64,000 nt of DNA, from the NCBI GenBank assembly GCA_026770705.1, contig JANJGN010000047.1:4588001-4652000 (forward strand), in the 5' to 3' direction. Each line of letters begins with the position of its first letter. The first letter of the stretch is position 1. The notes below the pieces were generated by a model. It made no database searches, was not told the origin of the DNA, and saw nothing but the letters and a program-made list of their open reading frames with translations. Source of the DNA: Isurus oxyrinchus (taxonomy: Eukaryota). The position numbers and the translations under genes are program-made. This document shows positions 13,081 through 25,659 of the stretch, piece after piece.

Positions 13081-13589
13081 ACCTCGCTCCCGTACCGAAA
13101 AATAAAGTTTCACTCACCCTACATTCATGGCTTTGGCTTCCTGCGGGGACCACCCCTAATGTTCGCCACTCCCAACTCCCACCCTCTGTGCCAAGAGGTA
13201 TAATTTAAATTCCGCCTCCCTTATTTGAAGCTATCTTTGGTTAACTGCCATCTACCATTGAACACAGTCCATTTTTATCTCTTTCCAAATCTCTATTCCC
13301 CATAACGTGAAAAAGTGCACGAAAAGCTCTACCTGTGTGAAAACTCAACAGAGTTTTGTAACTGTCAGAAAGCTTTAGGAGGCTGGATGTTATTTCCTGA
13401 ATATACAAAGTTGCGGGGTGGCGTGGTGGATTTCATTAGCATTCTGAGTAAAACCTTCATATTGGTAGATGTTTAGGCTCTCGGGTCGAACTCATATTCA
13501 GCTCATAATTGTTAGGGTACATCTGGTATTCTGATATGGAAATTCGCTTCCAGTTTCCATTACCCAGGAATAATATAAAATTATGAAAA

Positions 13590-13840
13590 AAAAACAGGCA
13601 ATGCTGCAAAAGCTCAGCACGTCTAGCAACAGATGTGGAGAGAGAAACAGAGTCATCGCTTCGAGCCCGTATGACTCTTCTGCAGAGCTGAAGAGAATTG
13701 GGACCATAATGAAATGTAAGCTGTTTAAGGGGATTGGGGCATGTGAAGTGAGATAGAAGGCCAGCGATAAGTAAGGTCAAAGGAGAGATTGAAAACAGTG
13801 TCAGAGCTACAAGGACACAAGGATGCTTAACTGTAGAAGG
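13590..13840 (-). mobile_element. Penelope-type terminal repeat fragment
   Basis: Reverse complement reads CTGCAGAAGAGTCATACGGGCTCGAAGCG...CTCTGTTTCTCTCTCCACA..TGCT..ACGTGCTGAGC, homologous to the terminus at 22.8 kb. Confidence 0.65.
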
Positions 13841-14169
13841 CAAGTTCAGCATGGGGCCGAGCCCAAAATAAATTGCGGTAAGGACGTTAGCTCATGGACC
13901 TGAGTCATTGGCTGGGTACTGGACGTTCTGTGTCATAGAGGGGAAGGCCAGAGAATATTGTGAATGCGTGGCAAGGGCTGGGAATATGAGACAGGATGGG
14001 GTCAGAGGGACACGACGGGTGTGGTTTCTGGTTATCAAGTACTGGTTGGAGCATGCGTTCCTTAACACCTGAAAAGAAACTAAAAATACTCCTCTTACCG
14101 TGTCATCAGAACAGAAATAAAATCAATCAGATGGCCAGGGCAGCTTTGAGATAGGATGAGTCAATGCTG

Positions 14170-14580
14170 ATGTGACAGGAGTGCACGTGTATACATAGGG
14201 CAGCACAGGACACTGATCGTGGACCTTTGGATGCAGACAGCAGTGCATTCCAGGCTTTGCTGGAATTTCTGCCAATTTTGTCCACACCTGACTGCAGTTT
14301 CGAAGGTTGACCACATTGATGTACCCCATTAAGTGTAACTATGGTGCACTCTCAGTGATTTAGGGAAGTATTCTCTAAGATGTTGGCCCAGGGACAATGA
14401 AGACACGGTAATATACACACTAATGATGATGCTGTGCGCCTTCAAGCACAGCATGCAGCTAGTTGTGTACTCATGCTTCTGCTGTCCTGGAGGTAATTGT
14501 CGAGGGTCGCCATGTATCCTGTAGATGGCACTCCTTGCTGTCATGTATGCAGGTGATGGAGAATGATAATGCTTAATGTA
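14170..14580 (-). mobile_element. Possible degenerate PIF/Harbinger transposase C-terminal fragment
   Basis: Frameshifted translation DSKECHLQDTW...RTAEA*VHN*LH and ...STISVLCCPMYTRAL resembles the HARBI1-type DxGYPL.W..TP...T.AE..YN..H / CC.LHN motifs. Very decayed. Confidence 0.35.
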
Positions 14581-14689
14581 GTGAGTAAGGCACACTTTGC
14601 TTCCAATCCTCTTGAGCTTGTGTGTTGTCTGAGCTTGGCTGATCTAGGAAAATGGGAATTAGTCTAAGGAAATGAACAGTTGCTACTTA

Positions 14690-15910
14690 TTGATGGATGA
14701 GCAAGCTTTGGGGATGAAGGTGATGAATTACGCGCCACAGTATATTCAACCACTTACCTGGACTTGCCAGCACAAAATTTAAATTGCTCGCCGGTTAAGT
14801 AGCTACATATTAACATTCCTTAGCAAATTTCAGGTAGAAGATTTGTTGATGTTGATGGCAGTGAAATGTAAGAGGAGATGTTTCGAATTCATTTCGTTGG
14901 AAATTACCTGGAATGCGCATGGTGGAATAGTCGGTTCCTGCCTATCGGTCAAAGCGAGAATGTTGTCCAGACATTGTTTTATATTGGAATCGACGGCTTG
15001 AAAGCCTGTGGAGATAGGAATATTGCTCAATATTGTGCAGCATTCAGCGAACATCAACACTGATAAATTTATGTTGGAGGGAAAATACTTATAAAGGACC
15101 AAACGATGGTTGGGCCTAGGAGACAAGTGTAAGCAATTACGAAAACGCTGCCCTGGGGATCAGAGGGTTGTCCACCGTAAATAGAAAAGACTCGTTTTTT
15201 TGTGTTAGGTGCGACTAAATCCCGTGCAGAGTGTGCAACACCATCCCACAACCTGACTTCTTATAAATCCCCCCCCCCGCCCCACCTTCCACGCCATCGA
15301 CTGAATGTATTGACTGAGATTTAAAGAAAGTCTGAAGCTAATTGTTCAGAGAAAACTGTTGGAAAAATCAATGATCCCATCGGATGTACCTTGCTTTAAG
15401 AGAAGAACTGGTATTTACGACAATTATTTAAAATATGTGTATCCAGGCAAGCATTTGTGATGCAAGGGGGCTTCTGGAGGAAGGTAGGTTCAAATGCTTC
15501 ATCACTGTCATTTAAAAATCCTGGAAGCAGATGGGTCAGCGTGGAACAACCTCAGCATGTTGGTTGTTTTATTACCTACGACCATTCTCGAATGATGGGG
15601 CAGGCATGCAGAGTTTAGCGCTGATCCATTGGCTTTAGCATCGCTTAGCTCTGCACATTTCATGCTGATTCCACAATTCAACATGCAATGAGACATGTGT
15701 TGTCACTTCAACGTGTTGGCAGCTCCATTTTAGGTGTACGTGGCTGCTCATGACTCATGTCCTGTTCTCATCATTGAATCAGGAACATTTTCCTTTGAAC
15801 GATTGGTAGAGTGAAGTAGATTTCGAGGCTGCATGTTGAAACAATGTGGATGAATACTGTTCTGCTGTTGTGATGATATATATAACCTAATTGATGTCCC
15901 AGTACTGAGC
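14690..15910 (-). mobile_element. Degenerate CR1/L2-group LINE fragments
   Basis: LGPTIVWSFI..., MFAECCTI (FADD position) on the minus strand. Confidence 0.55.
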
Positions 15911-15924
15911 TGTCATATCTGCCC

Positions 15925-17760
15925 TGAAGGTAGAAATAGGAGAAGGATTAAGCCATTCAGACCTTCGGGACCTCCCACCAACCAATGAAATAGTTGGTGA
16001 TATTCACATTTAACATGATTTTCCTGCATTTTCTCGTAACCCTTGATTAACTTTAGAAAACTATTGACATCGGTCCTTTGAATAAGCAATGACTGAGTCT
16101 CCACAGCCCCCTGGACCAGAGATTTCTAAAGATTGTACATACTCTCCTTTCAGAACTGCGTCCTCATCCCTGTCCTAAATGGTCTGTTCTTAATTGAGAT
16201 AACGCCTCCTTTGTTTCTCGACTCGTGATCCAGGTGAAAAGTCCTTCCAGCATCAGCCTTTGCTAAAATTATTAGATTTTTTTCTTGTTTCAATGCTATC
16301 TAAACTCTGGATATTAAATGTATTTTTATTTAATAATTCCTCATATGACAATCCCTCCATTTAATTAATTAATTTGGTGAAACTTCGTTGCCATCCCCAT
16401 TCTGCAAATATAACGATCAAATTGCATAAAGAAATATTTTACCTTGCACTCAATTTTTTTCATTCAAAAGCCAATATGCTATTTAGCTTCTTAACTGCTG
16501 GCTGTGCCTCCATGTTAGCTTTCAGTGACTCATGAACAAGTATACCCAATGCCACATTTCCCGCTCTCTGGACATTTTAGAAACACTCGGTATTTCTCTT
16601 TTTTTCTGATGAAGGTGGATAACCTCGTATCTCTGCACATGGTATTCCATCTGCCGAACATGCACCCACTCACTTAGCTTCTGCAAACCTCCTTGCATCC
16701 GTCTCAAAGTTGTGACTCCTACCTTGTTTTTTTGTCATCTGTAATTTTGGAAATATTACCTTTAATCCCCAGATCCGAATCATTGATATAGATTGTAAAT
16801 AAGTGAATCCCAGGAAATTAACCTTGCAATTCCAAATTAGTCACTGCCTGTCGACCTGAAAATATTTAATGATTCCTGGTCTCTGTTTTCTGACTCTTAA
16901 ACAGTTCACAATGCAGGCTTTAACATCACACCCCCTCCAAACCCCACCATCGCCCCACGCCCGCAATTTCATGCATCTAATGTTGCTTACCAGCTTCACG
17001 TGTAGGAACTTACTAAAGCCTCCTGAAATTTTAAACATACCACTTGCAGAGTTTCACCGTGAACTGTTCTGCTTGAGCACATTCTCAGAAAATTCCAACA
17101 AATGTATTAATCGCGATTTCCCTGTTTCAAATCCATGTTGACTCGGGCTAACCCTCCGATTATTTCCTCGGTGTATAATGTTCACATTCTCCGTTAGGAA
17201 TACTAGAATTTTCCTTACTGCTGATGTCAGGCTAACACCTCTTGTTCACTATTTGCTCTCTCCTAATTTTCATAAATAACTTGGTTACATTCACCACATT
17301 CTGATCAGCAGAATTCATTCTAGAATCTATCAAATTTGAATGATGATCGCCATTGCATCTCCTATCTCTAAGCTACATTTTTCAATTTATCTGGATGCAG
17401 AACTTCACCTCAAAGGGAACCATTTGCTTTAAAGGCCTGTAATTTCTCCAGTATTATTTTCAAGACGAATATTAATATCATGAATTTCCTCGCTTAGAGT
17501 AGTCCCCTGCTCCTCCAGTGTTTTTGAGAGGTTTTAGCATTTTCCACCATAAAGACATGCATAAGATATTGATATAGCTTCCCGGCCATTTCCTTATTCT
17601 GCGTTATAGGTTATCAATAATCCCCTGGTAATGGGCACATGTTTGACGTTTATTCACAAGTATGTTCCTTTTTGCTTGCCTATGGGATATTTTACAGTCC
17701 ATATTTTAATGTTTGACGCTAGTTTAGCCTTATATTCTTTTCCCCTTAATTAATTCAGGT
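15925..17760 (-). mobile_element. Degenerate CR1 LINE
   Basis: LQKLSEWVHVRQMEYHVQRYEVIH; reverse-complement CR1 3' UTR at ~15,930-16,200. Confidence 0.75.
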
Positions 17761-18404
17761 GCTTCTCAAGTGCCGGTGCAGATTCGATGGGCCGAATGGC
17801 CTCTTGTGCACTGAGGTATTCTGTGTTTCTGTGAAGATTCTCTCTCTTTTTGATTCATCTTCGCTGAATTTGAAATGCTTCCAATTCTCAGGTTGCTATT
17901 TTTTATTTGTACACTTCTTCCTTTGATCCAATGTAATCCTATATGTAATAAATTAGCCACGGCAAAAACACATTCCTTGCTTGGCATTATTGCATTAAAT
18001 TAATGTATTTTTGTTGTAAAGTATGCACTCATTCCTTAAGGTTAAGCTATTGACTGTCTACAATCATGCCTTTTAACGAAGCTTTGCAATAACAAAGTCA
18101 ACTTGAAGATTGTGCATTTTAGATGAATATCCCATTGAACGAAAACACGTTGTGAATCAATACTTGTTTTTTTTTAGCAATTTATGATCTGTCTTTCCTA
18201 ATGGGTAGTTTACAACAAAATTATTAATTCTATCCATTAATTGCACAATACTAGATCTAAAATTTCCAGTTTTCGAGTTGGTTCTTCAACGTGCAAGTTC
18301 ATGAAACAATCTTACATGCACCCCAATATATATACCTACACAACATTAGTACTGATTAGCATTTCTCAGTTTATTGCACCTTGAACATCCTCATGATTAC
18401 TGAT

Positions 18405-19825
18405 ATAAGCCAGGGAAGAACAGTCCAGTGAGTCTCAGGTCAGTTATAGGGAAAATTAGAAAAAGTTCTGAAGGAGAGTCTCTCTCTCCACTTGGAAAGG
18501 CAAGTTTTGCTCAGTGATAGTCAGCATGACTTTGTCAGAGTGAGGTCATGCCTAACAAGTTTGATTCAGTTTTTTGAGGAGGTGACCAGATGTATAGATG
18601 ATGGTGCTGTTGGCGTAGCTTAAATGGATTTCAGCAAAGCTTGTGACAAGGTCCCACGTTGGAGACTTATAAAGAATGCAAATGCACATTGGATTCAGGG
18701 TTATTTGATAAGGTGAATTCAAAATTGCTTAAGGTGAAGGAGGCAGAGCGTGATGACAGAAAGATGCTTTAGCAGTTGGAAGCCCAATACATCCAGTAGC
18801 GTACCACATGGATCTGTGCTTGGTCCACCATTTTTTTCAATAATATAAATGACATATTTGACTATGCGGGTGCTATGATTAGTAATTTTGCATATGACAC
18901 AAAGATTGGCCGGCTAGTTAGCAGTGAGTTTCAGTGTCTTGTGGATCAGGAAGATATATCCAGGAAGGTCAAATGGGCAAATAAGAAACAGATGGAATTT
19001 AAACATGAAAAGTGTGAGGTGACATATATTGGAAAGATGACTTTGTCAAGGAAGTATTCAAAGAACATAATGCAAATAGGATGTTCTGAGGAACAAAAGA
19101 AACTTGGCGTGTGTGTCCATAGTTCCCTGGAGGCAGAGGGGCATGTTAGTGGAACTGTGAGAAAGGCTTATGGGAGACTTGCCATTATAAAACAAGGCAC
19201 AGATTAGAAAAGGAGGAAGGACATGTTGGAATTTTATAGAACATTGTTGAGACCACAGCTGGAGTACTGTGTGCAATCCTGGTCGCCACTTGAAAGGAAG
19301 GATGTGTTTACACTGGAGTTGGTGCAATGGGGATTCGCCAGGATGTTGCCTGGGATGAAAAAAATTAAGCTCTGTAGAGAGTTTGGATAGACTTGCGTTG
19401 CTTTCGTTGGAACAGAGAAGACTGAGGGGCGACATGATCGAGGTTTACAGGGTTATGAGGGGCATGGGCAGGTTGTTTAGCGAATAGATGTTCCCCATAT
19501 TTGAACTCTCAAGGGGGCTTACGTTAAGGTGAGGGATAGGAGGTTTAGGGGGATGTGAGGAAAACTTTTTTTTTACCAGAGGGGAGTGACGGTCTGTAAT
19601 GCGCTGTCTGGAAGGGTGGAGATGGCGTGTTGCCTCACATACTTTAAAAAGTACATAGATGAGCATTTGGCACATCATAACATTTAAGGCTATGGGCCAA
19701 GTTCTGGGAAATGGAATTAGACTGTTAGGTCTGGTTGTAATCACGTGTCGCTGCAGACTCGATGGGCCGAATGGCCTCTTCTGCGCTGCGATGCTGTGAT
19801 TCCAATTCCGTGATTCATGATGATG
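18405..19825 (+). mobile_element. CR1 LINE 3' part of ORF2 (RT) + 3' UTR
   Basis: SCLTSLIQFFEEVT, DFSKACDKVP, GSVLGP, ISNFAYDTKIG, LLRPQLEYCVQSWSP; tail of GATTC-type repeats. Confidence 0.92.
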
Positions 19826-20459
19826 TTATTATTCTTGTTACATGCACTAAAATTTTCCTGAATTATTTTATGATTTACTTTGCAGTTGCTGTTTCATGCA
19901 TTGTTTTTGGAGCTTGCTGTTTGCTATTCCACCTAAGTTAATTCCATGCATTTATCTTCTTATCCAAGGTTATCTGTCACTACAGTATTAATACTGTTTT
20001 ATTAACTGTGCTATCCACAACATCTGCCTGTTCCACCTGAGTGTTCAATACCATTCAATAATCAGTTTGCAGCGATTCTTTCCTTGTAGCCAGGACACTG
20101 CAGATTTTATATCGGAGCTGGAAAACGTCAGTGACAAACAGGTAGTAGTGGGGAAAGGAAAGAACACATTATAATCACTGTGGCAATGTGGATTACAGAT
20201 AATGGAAACTATTCTATACTTCAGTTTTCCAAAAAAGTATGTAGCTTATAAACAAAATATGCCCCTTGAGTGATTCCTACAATTTGACATACATAGCAGC
20301 TCAGTTCAATTTGTTTTAATGCATTAGCGTGTCTCAGGAACCCTTGCAAGCCTGTTATGTTCATTGTACTTACTTCATATCAAACATTAGTTTGTGCCTT
20401 GCAATACAACGACCAAGTAGAGGGCACAACGGATCAGATAACAAGATGCTTCCTTCATT

Positions 20460-20640
20460 TAAAAAACAGAACATGTTTGAATAGTTCCCGTAGGTCTGGC
20501 AGCATCAGTGCAGACATAAGAACTCAGTTTTTTTGGAACTGAGAAAAGAAGAAACATATTGGACTGTCAAGGTCAACTCTTTTTCTCTCTCCACGGAAGC
20601 TGCCAGTCCTGCTGAGTTTTTTCAGCATGTTGTCTACTTA
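20460..20640. mobile_element. Old inverted pair of Penelope-type termini
   Basis: AGGTCTGGCAGCATC (20,492) faces GCTGCCAGTCCTGCTGAGTTTTT (20,599), the same terminal motif in opposite orientations. Confidence 0.5.
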
Positions 20641-20744
20641 TTACAGGCCTCCCCTGAATGCACAAAATTGCTTTTAAATTCCATACATAATTTGCCACGT
20701 TGCTGAGTGACAGATCAGTACAACGTCTAACTTTGATACAAAAT

Positions 20745-22887
20745 GAGATAAAAACTTTCAACTTCCAACCTGATCGTCGCCCAACTTCGGACAGCTCGCT
20801 TCTACTTCCTACCCAAAATACACAAACAGAACTGTCCCGGTAGACCGATCGTGTCAGCTTGCTCCTGCCCCACAGAACTCATTTCTCGTTATCTTGACTC
20901 CCTTCTCTCTCCCCTCGTCCAGTCCCTTCCCACCTACATCCGTGATTCCTCTGAAACCTTACGTCACATCAACAATTTCCAGTTCCCTGGCCCCGGCCAC
21001 TTCCTCTTCACCATGGACGTCCAATCCCTATACACGTCTATCCCCCACCAGGATGGTCTGAGGGCCCTTAGCTTCTTCCTCGAACAGAGGCCCGAACAAT
21101 CCCCATCCACCACTACTCTGCTCCGTCTGGCTGAACTTCTTCTCACGCTGAAAAATTTCTCCTTCAACTCCTCTCACTTCCTCCAAATAAAAGGTGTGGC
21201 TATGGTTACCCGCATGGGCCCCAGCTATGCCTGTCTCTTTATGGGGTATGTGGAACATTCCTTGTTCCAGTCCTACCCCGGCCCCCTTCCACAACTCTTT
21301 CTCCGGTACATCGATGATTACTTCGGTGCTGCTTCATGCTCTCGTCGGGACTTGGAAAAATGCATTAATTTTGCTTCCAATCTCCACCACTCCATCATTT
21401 TCACGTGGTCCATCTCTGATACTTCCCTTCCCTTCCTTGACGTCTCTGTCTGAATCTCTGGTGACAGACTGTCCACCAATATCCAATACAAACCCACCGA
21501 CTCCCACAGCTACCTCGACTACAGCTCCTCACACCCCGCTTCCTGTAAGGACTCCATCCCATTCTCTCAGTTCCTTCGCCTCTGTTGCATCTGTCCCGAT
21601 GATGCTACCTTCAAAAACAGTTCCTCTGACATGTCCTCTTCTTCCTCAACCGAGCTTTCCCAGCCACAGTCGTTGACAGGGCACTCAACCGTGTCCGGCC
21701 CATCTCCCGCGCATCCGCCCTCACGCTTTCTCCTCCCTCCCAGAAACATGATATGGTCCCCCTTGTCCTCACTTATCACCCCACCAGCCTCCGTATTCAA
21801 AGGATCATCCTCTGCCATTTCCACCAACTCCAGCATGATACTACTACCAAACACATCTTCCCTTCTCCCCCACTGTCGGCATTCCTTAGGGATCGTTCCC
21901 TCCGGGACACCCTGGTCCACTCCTCCATCACCCCTTACTCCTAAACCCCAACCTATGGCACCACCCCATGCCCACGCAAAAGATGTAACACCTGCCCCTT
22001 CACTTCCTCTCTCCTCACCGTCCAAGGGCCCAAACACTCCTTTCAAGTGAAGCAGCATTTCACTTGCATGTCCCCCAAATTAGTCTACTGCATTCGTTGC
22101 TCCCAGTGTGGTCTCCTCTACATTGGAGAGACCAAACATAAACTGGGCGATTGCTTTGCAGAACACCTGCGGTCTGTCCGCAAGAATGACCCAAACCTCC
22201 CTGTCGCTTGCCATTTTAACACTCCACCCTGCTCTCTTGCCCACATGTCTGTCCTTGGCTTGCTGCATTGTTCCAGTGAAGCACAACGCAAACTGGAGGA
22301 ACAACACCTCCTCTTCTGACTAGGCACTTTACAGCCTTCCGGACTGAATATTGAATTCAACAACTTTAGTTCTTGAGCTCCCTCCTCCATCCCCATCCCC
22401 TTTCTCTTTATTCCCCCTTCCTTTTGTTTTTTTCCAATAAATTATATAGATTTTTCTTTTCCCACTTATTTCCATTATTTTTCAATATTTTTAAATCTTT
22501 TATGCTCCCCCCACCCCCACTAGAGCTATACATTGAGTGTCCTACCATCCATTCTTAATTAGCACATTCGTTTAGATAATATCACCAACTTTAACACTTA
22601 TATGTTCTTTTGTTCTGTTGTCTGTGACATCTTTTGATGATCTGCTTCTATCACTGCTTGTTTGTCCTTACAACCACACCAACCCCCTCCACCTCTCTCC
22701 CCCCACCCAAACACTCCCCCCACCCCCCACCGCACCACACATACGCCCTAAACCAGCTTATATTTCACCCCTTCCTTGGATTCATTCAGTTCTGTTGAAG
22801 GGTCATGAGGACTCGAAACACCAACTCTTTTCTTCTCCACCGATGCTGCCAGACCTGCTGAGTTTTTCCAGGTAATTATGCTTTTGT
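20745..22887 (+). mobile_element. Penelope-like retroelement (5'-truncated): RT + GIY-YIG endonuclease + terminal repeat, 13-bp TSD
   Basis: RT motifs MDVQSLYTSI, GVAMVTRMGPSYA, LRYIDDYF (ORF 20851-21453, premature TGA). GIY-YIG LVYCIRCSQCGLLYIGETK (22047-22319). TTTGATACAAAAT at 20732-20744 and 22888-22900. Confidence 0.95.
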
Positions 22888-24255
22888 TTTGATACAAAAT
22901 AACTCATTAGTGAGTTGTAGCAATATCCACATGTTCAATGAATCCAGTATAGGAAAGCAGAAGCAGTACACCAACATGACTAATTCACCAGGATGGATTT
23001 GTTGTGGCCCTGAAAAATGACAGACATCAGGGAAAGAGTGCTCTGAATGTAACGCATGTGGGTGAAATTTATTATTCCTCTAAGGGGGGCCCTGCCGTTT
23101 CGTACAGAAATAAAGCTGATTTCCAGAGGAAAAACGGTCCACGTATGATTAGTGAAAGAGACCAGGTGACGAAGAAAGTGCATTTGGTGATGTAGTAGGT
23201 GCCAATTGCAAACACAGTAAAATAATTGATCTTTAGGGTTATGGAAAGTAAGTATAGATGGGAGTCTAGCATGATGCTGATGCAGAGGAGCAGGTCGATG
23301 GCGGAAGTGCAGGATATGGGACCGTCATGGTAGATCCCTGTGTGCCACAATGAAGCCGACTTATGGGCAGAGCATGGAGGAAATAATTTCTATAGTAGTG
23401 TTGTGGAACGTGGCCCAATTAATACAGATGTGATGAAGGCGGAGGAATATGAAAAATCAACTGAGAAATTACAGGAAGCAGAATGGCAGGAATAATGATA
23501 AAGATTGGTGTGCATGACAGCAGCATTGTTATACGTATTGTAAACAGTCTATCCCCACAAATGGAAATAGGAAGTCGAGGGAGGAAGCGGGAGGCCTCAC
23601 AGATAAGTCATGCATAGGGAGGACAGCAATTGAATTATTTTATATAATAGAAAGGTGGTCTATTCCAAGTCAACACCAGTAAACTAAAGGCAGAATAACA
23701 TAGCAGTTAAAATATCAGAAATAATGTTCCCTTCACATAAACAAAGGGATAGCTAGGACTCTTAAGGACTTAATATAATTATTTTGCTTTCATTGGACAA
23801 ATGCTGTAGATGCAAAGGTGATTTTTCCAATAAGAGTTAAGTTTCGACAGATGAAGATTGTTGCTGTTACAAGTGGACTGACGTATATGAATGAAAAAGA
23901 TGGGTCGTTTGGGAAGCGTGGAAGGGGTCAGCGATGAAGCAATCCACAGAATTCCCAGTAACGTAGGAGGCTAAAAATCCACTTGTAATCTTGGTGAATA
24001 ATAATTAATAGGGATGAGGGAGAGATCGAGACTACCCATTCTGAGAAGAGACAGAAGTGTTCTCTGTCAAAATGGCTTTTCAAAGTATTGTGCTGCACTG
24101 GATATGAACGTAAACCTGAGGGATGGTGGTAGTGGGTGCCATGCCATGCTGTCCTTAACAGAAGCTGAGGTGTTAGAAGGAATGGATTTCCAACTCAGTG
24201 ATAGAGTTGTAGAGCGACTTAGTGTATTGGTGAGGGATGAACTTGCAGAAAGATT

Positions 24256-24363
24256 ACAAAAACAGAATTACCTGGAAAAACTCAGCAGGTCTGGCAGCAT
24301 CGGCGGAGAAGAAAAGAGTTGACGTTTCGAGTCCTCATGACCCTTCGACAAAGGTCACCTTCT
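24256..24363 (-). mobile_element. Short Penelope terminal insertion with 13-bp TSD
   Basis: Near-identical to 1300-1395. TTGCAGAAAGATT at 24243-24255 and 24364-24376. Confidence 0.88.
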
Positions 24364-24414
24364 TTGCAGAAAGATTGGTTGTTCCGGCGTGGTCTGGAGA
24401 GGTAGACGGAATGG

Positions 24415-24820
24415 ATGTCATAGTACAAAGAAAAGTACAGCACAGGAACATGCCCTTCCGGCTCCAAGCCTGCGTCGATCATATTGACCACCAACTAAAA
24501 CATTTTGCACTTCCAGGGTCTGTATCCCTCTATTGCCGTCCTATTCATGTATTTGTCAAGCTGTGTTTTCAACACCTCTATCGTTCTTGATCCTTTGGAG
24601 TTCGCTGCCACATGAATTAGTACAGGCCAAAACATTGCATGTTTTAAAGGAAGAGTTGATATAGCTCTTGGGGTGAAATGGATCAAAGGATGTTGGAAAA
24701 AAGCTGGAGCAGGATATTGAGCTGGATGATCAGCAATGATCATAATGAATGATGGAGCAGGGTCGAAGGGCCCAATGGCCTACTGCTCCAATTTCTATAT
24801 TTCTATGTTCCTATGTTTCA
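24415..24820. mobile_element. Two CR1 3'-end fragments in opposite orientations
   Basis: 24,420-24,580 is the reverse complement of the 5.2-5.37 kb CR1 tail. 24,640-24,815 is a forward CR1 3' UTR (GATGATCAGC...GGTCGAAGGGCC..TGGCCTACT). Confidence 0.75.
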
Positions 24821-24829
24821 CATAAACTC

Positions 24830-25325
24830 TCTCCCTATCTCTCTCTCTCTCACACAAACACACATGTGCAAAGAAACACTCATTCACACAAACACACACA
24901 GAAATACACACACAGACACAACACGCACACACACACAAAAAATCACACAAATGCGCAAATGCGCAGACACACACATAGGCAAACAAAAAATGATTCACAC
25001 CTGCTCACATAATTACTGTCACAAGCAGAGATACTCAAGCACACGGACAAAATCTCAGAAGCACTCCCCGACACACAAACACACAGAAAAGCACACGTGC
25101 ACACACTAACAGCAATACACATATATCAGGTACATAAACATACGTGAGTTTCCACATTCGCTGAAATTTTAAGATAAACACCCGTTTTCACACACAGAAA
25201 TATACAGGAATAAACACACACGTCTCTCCCTCTCTCTTACACACACACATTCATGAACACACAAATGAACAGACACACACATGCACACACAGGCACATAC
25301 ATACACATTATCTCACACACGCAGC
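24830..25325. repeat. Degenerate CA/CT-rich low-complexity tract
   Basis: Interrupted CACA/CTCT runs. Confidence 0.85.
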
Positions 25326-25659
25326 CAATGACTCAGACAAGGACTTTCAGGCACCAATATGCAGGATAATCCCACAATGCACATCACCATGTCTATACAA
25401 TCCATTGGCTCTAGCGCACCTGTCCTCTCCGAGTCCCCCTTCCGGTGACCTCAGCAGCCCCAACTCCACATGCCGAGGAGGGTACCTCTTCCACATTTTA
25501 GGACCACGAAAGCAGGCTGGGTACCTCCAGAGGCTGCCCGTCAAGGTAAACACAATCAACAGGTTGCATCCACTTCTGATCTGCATTCTGGGGTTCAACA
25601 ATACGTATGGGCAGAGTTTGGGAGTTTGGGAAATGGACCTGCAGAGCCTGGGCAAGTGT

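Noticed and set aside
12842-13203. Cys/Val- and His/Thr-rich ORFs (also 1405-1834 and 24,749-25,109)
   Set aside because: Translations of CA/TG microsatellites.
21194-22396. Multiple overlapping ORFs on both strands
   Set aside because: Alternative frames of the frameshifted, C-rich Penelope ORF.
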